Below are positions 8,556 through 18,041 of a stretch of DNA of 64,000 nt, one piece after another. Source of the stretch: Bacteroidota bacterium (GTDB lineage Bacteria; Bacteroidota; Bacteroidia; Bacteroidales; VadinHA17). The position numbers and the translations under genes were made by a program. Numbering within the stretch: position 1 is the stretch's first letter; each line of letters starts with the position of its first letter. The stretch lies in the NCBI GenBank assembly GCA_003250475.1, contig QKGI01000074.1, forward strand, positions 3,101 through 67,100, read 5' to 3'. Under the pieces are notes generated by a model that made no database searches, was not told the DNA's origin, and was given only the letters and a program-made list of their open reading frames with translations.

Positions 8556-9086
8556 ATGAGAAGGATTATTGTTACTGCTGCCGCCTCCCTGATTATCCTG
8601 TCTGTATTTTCCCAGGATAAGCCTGTTTATGAAAACGGATACCTGGTGAAGGTTGGGGATAAAGCACCTGATTTCACCATCACCAAAGCCGGAGGAGAGA
8701 CTTTACAGCTTTCTGACCTGAAAGGTAAGGTCGTCATGCTCCAGTTCACTGCCAGCTGGTGCAGTGTATGCCGTAAGGAGATGCCGTTTATCGAGGATGA
8801 GATTTGGTTGCCGGGCAAAGAAAAGGGGCTGGTTCTCCTGGGTATTGACCGTGATGAACCTGAAGAAACTGTTTTGAAATTCGGAAAAGATATGAAAATA
8901 ACATACCCCCTGGTTCTCGACCCGGGGGCAGATATTTTTGGGCTTTTTGCTCAGAAAGAGGCCGGCGTTACCCGGAATGTTATCATTGACCGGGACGGGA
9001 AGATCATCTTTCTGACCCGCCTGTTTGATCGTGAAGAGTTTGACAGGATGAAGGAGGTCATTTTCGCCGAACTTGACAAAAAGTAA
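8556..9086 (+). CDS. TlpA/ResA-like thiol-disulfide oxidoreductase (thioredoxin fold, exported)
   Basis: Signal peptide, VGDKAPDF, LSDLKGKVV, ASWCSVCRKEMP. Confidence 0.92.
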   Translation: MRRIIVTAAASLIILSVFSQDKPVYENGYLVKVGDKAPDFTITKAGGETLQLSDLKGKVVMLQFTASWCSVCRKEMPFIEDEIWLPGKEKGLVLLGIDRDEPEETVLKFGKDMKITYPLVLDPGADIFGLFAQKEAGVTRNVIIDRDGKIIFLTRLFDREEFDRMKEVIFAELDKK

Positions 9087-9114
9087 AAAAAAAGCACACA
9101 TTTGGCCAAATTCT

Positions 9115-9140
9115 GCAACCTTTGGCAACTTCTTACGTTT
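9115..9140 (+). promoter_or_regulatory. Putative ECF sigma promoter
   Basis: GCAACC-N15-CGTTT (AAC-N16-CGT), 40 bp upstream of the OMP gene. Confidence 0.5.
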
Positions 9141-9180
9141 ATTTCAACGACTACTGTTCTATTAACTAAATTCGATAGAA

Positions 9181-9798
9181 ATGAAAAAGATTATTGTCAT
9201 TCTTCTTACACTGATTCTGGCCGCACCGATCTATTCACAGGTGAAATTTGGCATTAAGGCCGGGGCCAGCACTGATTTTACATTCACAGACCAGACTCTT
9301 CAGGGTACCGATTTCGAGGTGGTACTTCAGAATGCTAAAAGTGCAGAATGGGGATTTCAGGGAGGTATATTCATGCGTGCCACGTTTGCAGGGCTTTATC
9401 TTCAGCCGGAACTTCTTCTCGCCACAGCAACAAACTCGGTAACCTATGAGGATGTTGAGGCAGGAGGAGCTGCAGTTGTTTACAATCAGAAGTTTAATAA
9501 GCTGAATATCCCTGTATTGCTTGGATTTAAGCTCGGGCCTATCAGGATAAATGCCGGGCCGGCTGCTTCAGTGATGATCACTGATCCCAAGGAAATCATT
9601 GATGGTGCCACTTACAAGCGCGCCACCTTCGGTTATCAGGCAGGTCTTGGCCTGGACCTGTTCAAGAAACTTACGCTTGATGTCAGGTATGAAGGCAATC
9701 TCAACCAGTTCGGAAACGAGATCACCGTTCTCGGAGAGACATTCACACTTGATGACAGGACTGGTGCGCTGCTGGTACATGTCGGCCTGATATTCTGA
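9181..9798 (+). CDS. Outer membrane beta-barrel protein (porin/PorT-like family)
   Basis: Signal peptide, FGIKAG, LQPELL, LNIPVLLG, LDVRYE, C-terminal Phe. Confidence 0.85.
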   Translation: MKKIIVILLTLILAAPIYSQVKFGIKAGASTDFTFTDQTLQGTDFEVVLQNAKSAEWGFQGGIFMRATFAGLYLQPELLLATATNSVTYEDVEAGGAAVVYNQKFNKLNIPVLLGFKLGPIRINAGPAASVMITDPKEIIDGATYKRATFGYQAGLGLDLFKKLTLDVRYEGNLNQFGNEITVLGETFTLDDRTGALLVHVGLIF

Positions 9799-9812
9799 TG
9801 ACGATACTATAT

Positions 9813-9852
9813 AAAAGAGCTCTTCCGGTTCCTGCCGGAGGAGTTTTTTTTT
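9813..9852 (+). terminator. Intrinsic terminator
   Basis: Stem gagctcttccgg/ccggaggagttt followed by a T-run. Confidence 0.8.
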
Positions 9853-9883
9853 ATTTTTACGGAAGTATGTGAGTTATTGACCG

Positions 9884-11350
9884 ATGCTTCTGGCGGGAGA
9901 TATATTCTCGGTTCTTAAAAATGTACTGGTCGTTATCTACCTTATCACGATCTTTTCCATCTGTCTTATGATCGTGTTTGAGAACAGGAACCCGGTAAAG
10001 ACCCTCTCTTGGCTTTTGGTGATTATGTTTATACCTGTTGCGGGGGTCATCACTTATGTCTTTTTTGGTAGGAATTACCGTAAGCAGAAGATCTACAGCC
10101 GTAAAAGCCTTGCTGACAGTGTCAGGCTTACGGATCATGTTGACAGGCAGGTAAGCCTGCTCCACAAGGTGCTGGCAGTTGAGAGTGAGGCAGTCCGGTC
10201 GAAGGAGCACCTCATTCACCTCATGCTTAACAATAACAGGTCGCTTCTCACCTTAAACAACAGGATTGACCTCCTCGTCAATGGCAAGGAGGCCTTCCCG
10301 GCCATGCTTGATGCAATTGCCTCAGCCGGAAAATTCATCCACCTTGAGATCTACCGCCTGGAACCCGATACCCTTGGAACGGAGTTTCGGGAGTTGATGA
10401 AGAGAAAAGCCGGTGAGGGAGTGAAGGTCAGGGTGGTTTATGATGATGTAGGCAGCTGGAATATACACAAAACTTATATCAGGGATATGAGGGAAGCCGG
10501 GGTCGAAATTTATCCTTTCATGCCGGTTAGGTTCCCTGCCTTTTCAAGCAAGATCAACTATCGTAACCACAGAAAAATCCTTGTTGTCGACGGAAGGGAG
10601 GGATTTGTCGGGGGACTAAACATTGCTGATAAATACATACACGGATTACCCGGACTGGGGCCATGGGTGGATACCCACCTGAGGCTGACAGGAGAGGCAG
10701 TGGCGGCACTCGACAGGGTCTTTGTCGATGACTGGAACTTCGTGAGCGGAGAGAAGCTTCAACCCGGGACATACGTTGAAAATACAGTAAAGACAGGAAA
10801 CAGGTGCCTTGTGCAGGTAGCCTCCAGCGGTCCGGATACAGACTGGGCTACGATCATGCAGGTCTACTTCTCAGCCATTGCCACGGCGAAAACTTCGATC
10901 TATCTGACGTCCCCATATTTCAGCCCAGACGAGAGCCTGCTGACCGCTCTTAAGACAGCAGCCCTCAGCGGCGTGGATGTAAGAATGATCTTTCCCAAGT
11001 ATTCAGACTCAATCATTGCAAACTGGAACACCCGTTCTTATATAAGTGAGCTACTTGAAGCAGGCGTAAGGATATTCCTTTATGAGAATGGGTTTATACA
11101 TTCAAAATACCTGCTTGTCGATAACGTGTTTTCTTCGGTAGGGTCCCCTAATGTCGATGTTCGAAGTTTTGACCTTGACTTTGAGGTTACTGCCCTGGTA
11201 TATGATGAAGAATTCGCGTTCCGGCTCGGAGTGCTTTTTAATGAGGATCTGAAGAACTGCAGTGAGGTGACTCTGCAGCAATGGTTGAAGAGAAAGAAAG
11301 GAGACAGGTATAAAGAGTCCCTGGCACGTATATTCGGTCCTCTTTATTAA
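9884..11350 (+). CDS. cls: Cardiolipin synthase
   Basis: Two N-terminal TMs and two HKD motifs (NHRKILVVD, HSKYLLVD). Confidence 0.95.
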   Translation: MLLAGDIFSVLKNVLVVIYLITIFSICLMIVFENRNPVKTLSWLLVIMFIPVAGVITYVFFGRNYRKQKIYSRKSLADSVRLTDHVDRQVSLLHKVLAVESEAVRSKEHLIHLMLNNNRSLLTLNNRIDLLVNGKEAFPAMLDAIASAGKFIHLEIYRLEPDTLGTEFRELMKRKAGEGVKVRVVYDDVGSWNIHKTYIRDMREAGVEIYPFMPVRFPAFSSKINYRNHRKILVVDGREGFVGGLNIADKYIHGLPGLGPWVDTHLRLTGEAVAALDRVFVDDWNFVSGEKLQPGTYVENTVKTGNRCLVQVASSGPDTDWATIMQVYFSAIATAKTSIYLTSPYFSPDESLLTALKTAALSGVDVRMIFPKYSDSIIANWNTRSYISELLEAGVRIFLYENGFIHSKYLLVDNVFSSVGSPNVDVRSFDLDFEVTALVYDEEFAFRLGVLFNEDLKNCSEVTLQQWLKRKKGDRYKESLARIFGPLY

Positions 11351-11361
11351 ATTCGCACCCG

Positions 11362-12387
11362 ATGAAAAAAATAAAACTTGCCTTACTGCTAATAGTCATC
11401 TCAGCATTTCTTGTGTGCTCTGTTATTCTCTGGGCTGTTGCTTTCAGGGCAAATGTCAGTGCAGATGCTCCTGTCAGGATAACGGTATCTACCGGATGCA
11501 CATTTGAGGGCCTGAGGGATACACTGGAAAGTTCAGGTGTTTTAAAGAATGAACACACCTTCTTAATCACATCAGGTCTGAAGTCATTTAAAGGTAATAT
11601 CAGGCCCGGATCATATCTTATTAAACCGGGTATGAGTAATAACAAAATTATCAACCTGTTGCGGTCAGGCATGCAAACACCGGTGAATGTTACTTTCAAC
11701 AACATTCGGACCCTTGATGAGCTTGCCGGTGTTGTCGGCCGTCAGATTGAAGCAGATTCAGCGTCACTGTCAGCTTTCCTTACTGATCAAGAAAACTATG
11801 AGGCAGATGGATTTGAACGGCAGACAGTCATCTCTGTCTTCATACCTGACACATATGAGGTTTACTGGTCGCTCGATGCCCGGGGTTTCTATCGTCGCAT
11901 GCTTAAGGAGTACAGGGCATACTGGAATAAGGAGCGTAAAGAAAAGGCAGAGGAAAAAGGCCTTACACCGGTTGAAGTATCCGTACTGGCCTCCATTGTT
12001 GATGAGGAGGTCTCCAGGCAGGATGAGAAGCCACGGATAGCCGGTGTTTATCTCAACAGACTCAGGCAGGGAATTCCCCTTCAGGCCGACCCGACGGTCA
12101 AATTCGCCGTCAATGACTTCACTATCAGGAGGGTCCTCAACAAACACCTGGAATTCGATTCCCCTTACAATACATATCTTTACAGCGGGTTGCCTCCAGG
12201 TCCGATCAGGTGTCCCTCAAAATCGGGTCTCGAAGCCGTACTTAACGCCGAGAAGCATGAATATCTCTTCTTTGTTGCACGGCCTGATGGTTCTGGCTAC
12301 CATCATTTTTCACGAACCCTGGCCGAACACAACAGGTATGCAGCAGAATACAGGCGTGAGTTAAACAAGAGGAGAATATACAGGTAA
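11362..12387 (+). CDS. mltG: Endolytic transglycosylase MltG (YceG family)
   Basis: N-terminal TM, LASIVDEE, IAGVYLNRL, LQADPT, SPYNTY..GLPPGPI, YLFFVA. Confidence 0.95.
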   Translation: MKKIKLALLLIVISAFLVCSVILWAVAFRANVSADAPVRITVSTGCTFEGLRDTLESSGVLKNEHTFLITSGLKSFKGNIRPGSYLIKPGMSNNKIINLLRSGMQTPVNVTFNNIRTLDELAGVVGRQIEADSASLSAFLTDQENYEADGFERQTVISVFIPDTYEVYWSLDARGFYRRMLKEYRAYWNKERKEKAEEKGLTPVEVSVLASIVDEEVSRQDEKPRIAGVYLNRLRQGIPLQADPTVKFAVNDFTIRRVLNKHLEFDSPYNTYLYSGLPPGPIRCPSKSGLEAVLNAEKHEYLFFVARPDGSGYHHFSRTLAEHNRYAAEYRRELNKRRIYR

Positions 12388-12403
12388 TAAAACCGTTGAC
12401 CGG

Positions 12404-13549
12404 CTACTCCTGTTCGTAGGAGTTGAGGGTCTCTACTATCATCCTGGCATTGACATTATTGTCGGCAACTTCATGTAACACTGTCTTCCGGCTGCTCTTC
12501 ATGTCAGCAGTGAATTCCTCTTTCATAAGCCGGTCGGTCAGGCTTAACCATTCATCACGGTTTAAAGCGACATGACACAGGCTCTCAAGATTTGTTCCTG
12601 CCACAACTTCGCCGGAGGTGATCACATGCCTGCCTCCACAGAGGGCGTTGATCAGTTTCAGCTTCATGCCGGTGGGCTGAGAAGCATTGAGCAGACACAC
12701 CTGTGCGTTGGCAATCAGTTCGCCCATCTGTCTCATGGAAGGATCCGGCACTATCTCCACATGGTTGAGAACAGAGGCCATTCTGAATATCTCCGAAGAG
12801 GGACGCTTGCCGGCTACAATAGTCCTGAATTTCCAGTACGGAGCAAGCTCTTTAAGTATATAGGAGGCAGCGGCATTGTTTTCGGCAGTTGAGAAGTCAC
12901 TGTGAAGCAGTACATAATCACCCATACCGCTGGCAGACATGCACTCGTTGCCGGGATGAAAAGGACCCACGAAAAGCACATTGTTATACCTGGACCTGAA
13001 ATATTCCGTATCGCCCGGAGAGATGGAAAGGAGATAGGTTGCGTTAAGCAATTTGGGCTCATACCGCTCCAGTTTCCTGGCCTCTATATTGTAGAAAAGC
13101 TTCCGCAAAGGATTCTTGTCGTTGGATGCAAGATTGCGATAATATATATGTTCAATATTGTGTGTGCGCACCATTTTTATCCGATCAGCAAGTGCAGGAT
13201 GATCAAGGAAATGGGTGGTATGCAGACCTTCAAAGATTATAGGATTTTTGTCAGCCAGCAGGTTTTTCAGGAGCAGATCGTTTTTTCGTGAAAGGATTAT
13301 GAAGGGTTCTGTGCTGAAAAAATGAAAGAAGTTAAGTTCACGCCTGTAATAATGCACCCTCAGACACTCCCGCTCCAGTGTTCTCGACCGGCTTCGCCCG
13401 TAACAGAAGCAGTGGAGAATTATTCCTATTCCCTGCTGTTTCAGGGCTAAAATCTTGTAAAAAACATCCATGACACCTCCGTAATCAGGCGGGTAAGGAA
13501 CGTTGAAGCTGATCAGGTGGACTACTTTTTTATCCGGAGATATGCTCAT
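12404..13549 (-). CDS. Glycosyltransferase (GT-B, GT4-like)
   Basis: SFNVPYPPDYGG, RTHNIEH, TGMKLKLINAL. Start moved to ATG at 13549 because a TATGTTTG -7 element lies at about 13567-13574. Confidence 0.85.
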   Translation of the reverse strand: MSISPDKKVVHLISFNVPYPPDYGGVMDVFYKILALKQQGIGIILHCFCYGRSRSRTLERECLRVHYYRRELNFFHFFSTEPFIILSRKNDLLLKNLLADKNPIIFEGLHTTHFLDHPALADRIKMVRTHNIEHIYYRNLASNDKNPLRKLFYNIEARKLERYEPKLLNATYLLSISPGDTEYFRSRYNNVLFVGPFHPGNECMSASGMGDYVLLHSDFSTAENNAAASYILKELAPYWKFRTIVAGKRPSSEIFRMASVLNHVEIVPDPSMRQMGELIANAQVCLLNASQPTGMKLKLINALCGGRHVITSGEVVAGTNLESLCHVALNRDEWLSLTDRLMKEEFTADMKSSRKTVLHEVADNNVNARMIVETLNSYEQE

Positions 13550-13652
13550 CGTATCGATAACAATGCACAAACATAATTAAAAAAAATACTTTTGTATCTT
13601 CATTCTCCGGCAATGGCTACGTTTATTGTTATTATCATATTGTAAACTGAAA

Positions 13653-14777
13653 ATGAAAGCGGTGATAGCCGTCATAAGCGATCTTTCAACTGATATGCGT
13701 GTTCGCAAACAGGCATTGTTGATGGCTGAGGAGGGATTCTCCGTGACGGTTATCGGCAGGGAGTCGGGCAGTGACCTGCAGGTGGATTTCCCAGGTATAA
13801 AAATTAAAAGGCTGAGGGTGCCCTTCAGAAAAGGGCCGGCTATGTATGTCTATTTTAACCTGTATCTCTTTTTCCATCTTTTGTTTTTGAAACATGAGAT
13901 CTGTGTATCGTGCGACCTGGATACGCTCATTCCCTGTTATATGGTGTCACGTCTCTCGGGGACCATTCTCGTTTACGATGCTCATGAGTACTTCACGGGC
14001 CAGCACGGTCTTGCTGAGAGAAGAAGGAAGCATGCCATCTGGAAAGCGGCGGAGAGATGGATAGTGCCACACATCAGGCACATGATTACCGTCAGTGATT
14101 CGATTGCCGGCCTCTATCATAAAGAGTATGGAGTTAACCCTCTTGTCGTACGCAATGCCGCTCCGGATGTTAGCTTTCTGGTGTCACATGACAGGAAGGA
14201 GCTGGGGGCAGGGGAGGACGAACTGCTGCTGGTATTTCAGGGTTCCGGGATTAATGAAGGCCGTGGGGCTTCCGAGTTAATAGAAGCCGTGGCAGGACTG
14301 GAGCGGGTAAGACTTCTCATAATAGGTTCCGGGGATATCATGGAGGATCTACAGCATAAAGTAAGGGAGCGCGTGTCTGACGGTAATATAAGCTTCCTGC
14401 CCAGGATGGCGTGGGAGGAGATGATGCGATACACCATGTGTTGTGATGCAGGAGTGTCTCTCGACAAAGATAACTGTATAAACCAGCGTTACAGCCTTCC
14501 CAATAAACTGTTCGATTATATTGCTGCCGGTATCCCCTCCATAGTATCCCCTTTGCCGGAAACTTCTGCAATAATAGAACAGTACGGATGCGGTATCATC
14601 ACAAAAGATGTATCGCCTGAAGCTATTGCCGGACAGATAATCAGGCTGAGGGATGACAGGACCCTTTATCATGCATTGAGGCAAAAGGCACTGGAGGCAC
14701 GCATGGAGTTGAACTGGGAAAAGGAGAGGCTAAAAGAACAAGAGTTCTTCAGAGATGTTATTAATTCAAAATCGTAA
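13653..14777 (+). CDS. Glycosyltransferase family 4
   Basis: DMRVRK, VYDAHEYF, ITVSDSIA, SLPNKLFDYIAAGIP; ATG at 13653 preferred to the TTG at 13626. Confidence 0.9.
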   Translation: MKAVIAVISDLSTDMRVRKQALLMAEEGFSVTVIGRESGSDLQVDFPGIKIKRLRVPFRKGPAMYVYFNLYLFFHLLFLKHEICVSCDLDTLIPCYMVSRLSGTILVYDAHEYFTGQHGLAERRRKHAIWKAAERWIVPHIRHMITVSDSIAGLYHKEYGVNPLVVRNAAPDVSFLVSHDRKELGAGEDELLLVFQGSGINEGRGASELIEAVAGLERVRLLIIGSGDIMEDLQHKVRERVSDGNISFLPRMAWEEMMRYTMCCDAGVSLDKDNCINQRYSLPNKLFDYIAAGIPSIVSPLPETSAIIEQYGCGIITKDVSPEAIAGQIIRLRDDRTLYHALRQKALEARMELNWEKERLKEQEFFRDVINSKS

Positions 14778-14779
14778 TT

Positions 14780-15004
14780 ATGAACAGTGATTTCGTCAGG
14801 AAATATATTCCGGAGATAGCAGGCACCCTTCTTGGTATAATAGGGGGCTTCCTTTACTGGAAATATGTGGGCTGCCAGTCGGGTACCTGCGCCATAAAAT
14901 CAAACTGGTACCTGATGGTGCCCTGGGGTGGGGTACTTGGTTACCTTGCAGGATCCCTTGTAAGCGATATTCTGAAAAAGAGAAAAAAGAGCGGGGAGCA
15001 GTGA
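14780..15004 (+). CDS. Small membrane protein (DUF6132-like)
   Basis: Two TMs flanking YWKYVGCQSGTCAI. Confidence 0.8.
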   Translation: MNSDFVRKYIPEIAGTLLGIIGGFLYWKYVGCQSGTCAIKSNWYLMVPWGGVLGYLAGSLVSDILKKRKKSGEQ

Positions 15005-15089
15005 CAGGGTTGGCCTCTCCTGTGAAGATGTTAAGGGGGAAGTTTGTATATTGCATTCACAATATATCAACAAACCTAATCTGATCAGA

Positions 15090-16553
15090 ATGAGAATCAA
15101 TCGCAGGAACTTTCTCCGTACAGCAGCTGTTGCAGGAGCAGGAACGGTCACCGCCGTTTCTGCCGCTTCATGTTCTCGTCGTGAGAGATCATCAGAGGTG
15201 ATGCCGGAAGTAAGAACGGCCGCCCTGGCAAGCCATAGTCAGCAATTCAATATGTCCGGGTATGCGGCAACACCGCTCGGAAAGGTACGGATAGGTTTTA
15301 TCGGGTTGGGTATGCGCGGCCCCGGTGCCGTTGAACGTATGTCGCACATAGAAGGAGTTGAGATAGCTGCCCTTTGTGATAAGTTTCCTGACAGGGTTGA
15401 TAAGATGCAGGCCCTGCTTTCAAAGCTGGGACTGCCGCAGGCAAAATCTTTCAGCGGCAGTGAGGAGATATGGAAAGAACTGTGTGACGATCCTGATATT
15501 GACCTGGTATATATATGCACACCCTGGGCCTGGCATACTCCAATGGCTGTCTATTCGATGGAAGCAGGGAAGCATGTGGCAGTAGAGGTGCCTGCAGCAA
15601 AAACAGTGGATGAATGCTGGCAACTGGTTGAGACATCAGAGAGAACAAGGAAACACTGCATGCAGCTTGAGAACTGCTGCTATGACTTTTTCGAGCTGCT
15701 GACACTTAATATGGCAAGACAGGGGCTGTTCGGAGATATCGTGCATGGTGAAGGTGCCTATATCCATGACCTGCGCTGGAGCTTTACCTATGACAAGAAT
15801 GGTTACGCCGACATGTGGCGCCTGAAGGAGAATGTTCGCAAAGGTAACCTGTACCCGACTCATGGACTGGGACCGGTATGCCAGGTCATGAATGTCAACA
15901 GGGGTGACCGGATGGAATATCTTACCTCAATGTCATCAAATGACTTCTCAATGGCATCAGAGCTGGCTCAGCTGGCAAAGGAGGATCCCTTCTATGAACC
16001 CTTTGCCGGTAAGGAGTACCGCGGTAACATGAATACCACACTGGTGAGGACTGCCATGGGCAGAAGTATCATGATCCAGCATGATGTCTCGAGCCCAAGG
16101 CCTTATTCCAGGATACACCTTGTCAGCGGAACAAAGGGTATTGCACGAAAGTGGCCTGCTCCCGCAAAAATAGCCCTGGGCCATTCCTGGCTTCCGGCAG
16201 AGGAGATGACAAAGCTGGAAGAGCAGTATACACCTGAGATCGTGAAAAGAGTGGGAGAGATGGCGAGGTCTATAGGTGGTCATGGAGGGATGGACTTTAT
16301 AATGGACTGGAGGCTGATAGACTGCCTTCGCAATGGATTACCTACTGATCAGGATGTCTATGACGCTGCGCTGTGGAGCGTTATTTCCCCTCTCAGTGAG
16401 TGGTCGGTGGCAAACAGGTCTTCATCCATTGATGTACCTGACTTTACATGTGGTTCATGGACGGCCAATATCCCTGTTGACCCCAACCTGAAGACAGGAG
16501 GAAATACCAGGGTGCTTGATCTGAGGGCAGGAGAGAATCAGCTTAATGTTTAA
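15090..16553 (+). CDS. Gfo/Idh/MocA-family NAD-dependent glycoside hydrolase (GH109, alpha-N-acetylgalactosaminidase-like), Tat-exported
   Basis: NRRNFL Tat motif, GLGMRG, TPWAWH, VEVPAA, LENCCY, YPTHGLGP, GGHGGMD. Confidence 0.9.
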   Translation: MRINRRNFLRTAAVAGAGTVTAVSAASCSRRERSSEVMPEVRTAALASHSQQFNMSGYAATPLGKVRIGFIGLGMRGPGAVERMSHIEGVEIAALCDKFPDRVDKMQALLSKLGLPQAKSFSGSEEIWKELCDDPDIDLVYICTPWAWHTPMAVYSMEAGKHVAVEVPAAKTVDECWQLVETSERTRKHCMQLENCCYDFFELLTLNMARQGLFGDIVHGEGAYIHDLRWSFTYDKNGYADMWRLKENVRKGNLYPTHGLGPVCQVMNVNRGDRMEYLTSMSSNDFSMASELAQLAKEDPFYEPFAGKEYRGNMNTTLVRTAMGRSIMIQHDVSSPRPYSRIHLVSGTKGIARKWPAPAKIALGHSWLPAEEMTKLEEQYTPEIVKRVGEMARSIGGHGGMDFIMDWRLIDCLRNGLPTDQDVYDAALWSVISPLSEWSVANRSSSIDVPDFTCGSWTANIPVDPNLKTGGNTRVLDLRAGENQLNV

Positions 16554-16579
16554 GGAGACTTCAGGTTCATATTGAGTGT

Positions 16580-17926
16580 CTAATCCCTGGCCAGAAGATC
16601 AATAATTGTCCTGCTCATGGCTGAAACGCCGGTGACATAGGCTGGCTCAAAGTCAGGAGCAAACTTACTGCTGTGAAGCGCGGGAAGCATGACCTCCTCT
16701 TCAACGCTTCCCCGGTATGCCGTGGGATTAACACCCCCCAGCCAGAACAGCGCTATTTTCACCTTTTCGGGTGTGCGGCCGTACTTGCCGAAATCTTCCG
16801 CCACAGTGGCGGGATCGACTCTTATTACGTTATCCTTTCCAAGAATATTGCTCATGGATATCACAGCCTTACCAACCAGCTCCTGATCATTTTCTACAGG
16901 AGGGGTGTCTTCATCATCAACCATGATCAACGGCCTCCTGTCCTCTTTAAGTCCTGCTGCTACTGCCTGACCATCAGCAATACGTCGCAGAGCGGTTATG
17001 ATCTGCCGGCAAACATCATCAGAGAAGAACCTGATGGTGAGCTTCATGTCAACCTCTTCGGGTATGATATTGTGTTTTGTGCCTCCGTGAACAGATCCGA
17101 CGGTTATGACTGCAGGAGAGACAGGATTTATCTCCCTGCTGACGATGGTCTGGTAATCAAGGATGATTTTTGCTGAGAGCACCACAGGATCTATCGTCTT
17201 ATGTGGCATCGCACCGTGTCCTCCAACACCGAACACCTTTATGTCAACAGATTTTACGCCGGCGAAGATTGGTCCCGGGCAATAGCCAACGGTCCCTGCC
17301 GGCAGGTCAGCACTTACATGATAGCAGAGAGCGTAGTCAGGCAGCGGGAATCTTGTATAGAGTCCATCCTCAATCATTTTACCTGATCCACCGCTGATCT
17401 CTTCAGCCGGTTGGGCAACGGCCACTATGGTGCCTTTCCACCTGCTCTTCAATGCCACAAGGGCGGAGAGTGTGCCATGCCACACCGTCATATGAAGGTC
17501 GTGACCGCATGCGTGCATCACTGGAGTCTCACCACCCTGCATGTCAGCAGCAACTGCCTCACTGGCCCATGGCAGGTCCGTAGCCTCCTTCACAGGCAGT
17601 GCATCCATATCGGTCCTTAACATGACAACAGGACCGTCACCGTTTCTGAGGACACCAACAACACCATTGCCGCCTACACCTGTTGCCACCTCAAAGCCCA
17701 TTTTTTTCAATGCCTGTGACATCTTCGCAGAGGTCCTGAACTCCTGCAGTGAAAGCTCCGGATTCTGATGCAGGTCAATATACATCTGCCAGGCTTCCTC
17801 AATAGATCCTTTAGCCTCTTTAACAACCAGTTCATTGACCTCCTGGCCGTTTACCGTCACGGTAAGGCTTATAAGCAGGAACAGCGTAAATTTGATAGGA
17901 TTATTCACTTGTTTGTCTTTATTCAT
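16580..17926 (-). CDS. M20 family amidohydrolase, exported
   Basis: LHQNPELS, LRTDMDALP, MHACGHD, QPAEE, GGHGAMPH, AEDFG, LHS. Confidence 0.93.
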   Translation of the reverse strand: MNKDKQVNNPIKFTLFLLISLTVTVNGQEVNELVVKEAKGSIEEAWQMYIDLHQNPELSLQEFRTSAKMSQALKKMGFEVATGVGGNGVVGVLRNGDGPVVMLRTDMDALPVKEATDLPWASEAVAADMQGGETPVMHACGHDLHMTVWHGTLSALVALKSRWKGTIVAVAQPAEEISGGSGKMIEDGLYTRFPLPDYALCYHVSADLPAGTVGYCPGPIFAGVKSVDIKVFGVGGHGAMPHKTIDPVVLSAKIILDYQTIVSREINPVSPAVITVGSVHGGTKHNIIPEEVDMKLTIRFFSDDVCRQIITALRRIADGQAVAAGLKEDRRPLIMVDDEDTPPVENDQELVGKAVISMSNILGKDNVIRVDPATVAEDFGKYGRTPEKVKIALFWLGGVNPTAYRGSVEEEVMLPALHSSKFAPDFEPAYVTGVSAMSRTIIDLLARD

Positions 17927-18041
17927 ACCAAAAGTAACAATATATTCGTGCAGGGTACAGAGCAGATAAAAAATATAAAAACCTTATCTGCTGACAAGTG
18001 TTTTTATTACCTTAGGTACCTTTATCATAACCCTATCTAAT

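Noticed and set aside
8263-8559. 98-aa ORF spanning the hairpin; also possible UGA read-through (SECIS-like) of the Zn-finger gene
   Set aside because: The ORF overlaps the Zn-finger gene out of frame and has no motif. Read-through would add only 13 codons before another UGA, and the UGA is not at a conserved Cys position.
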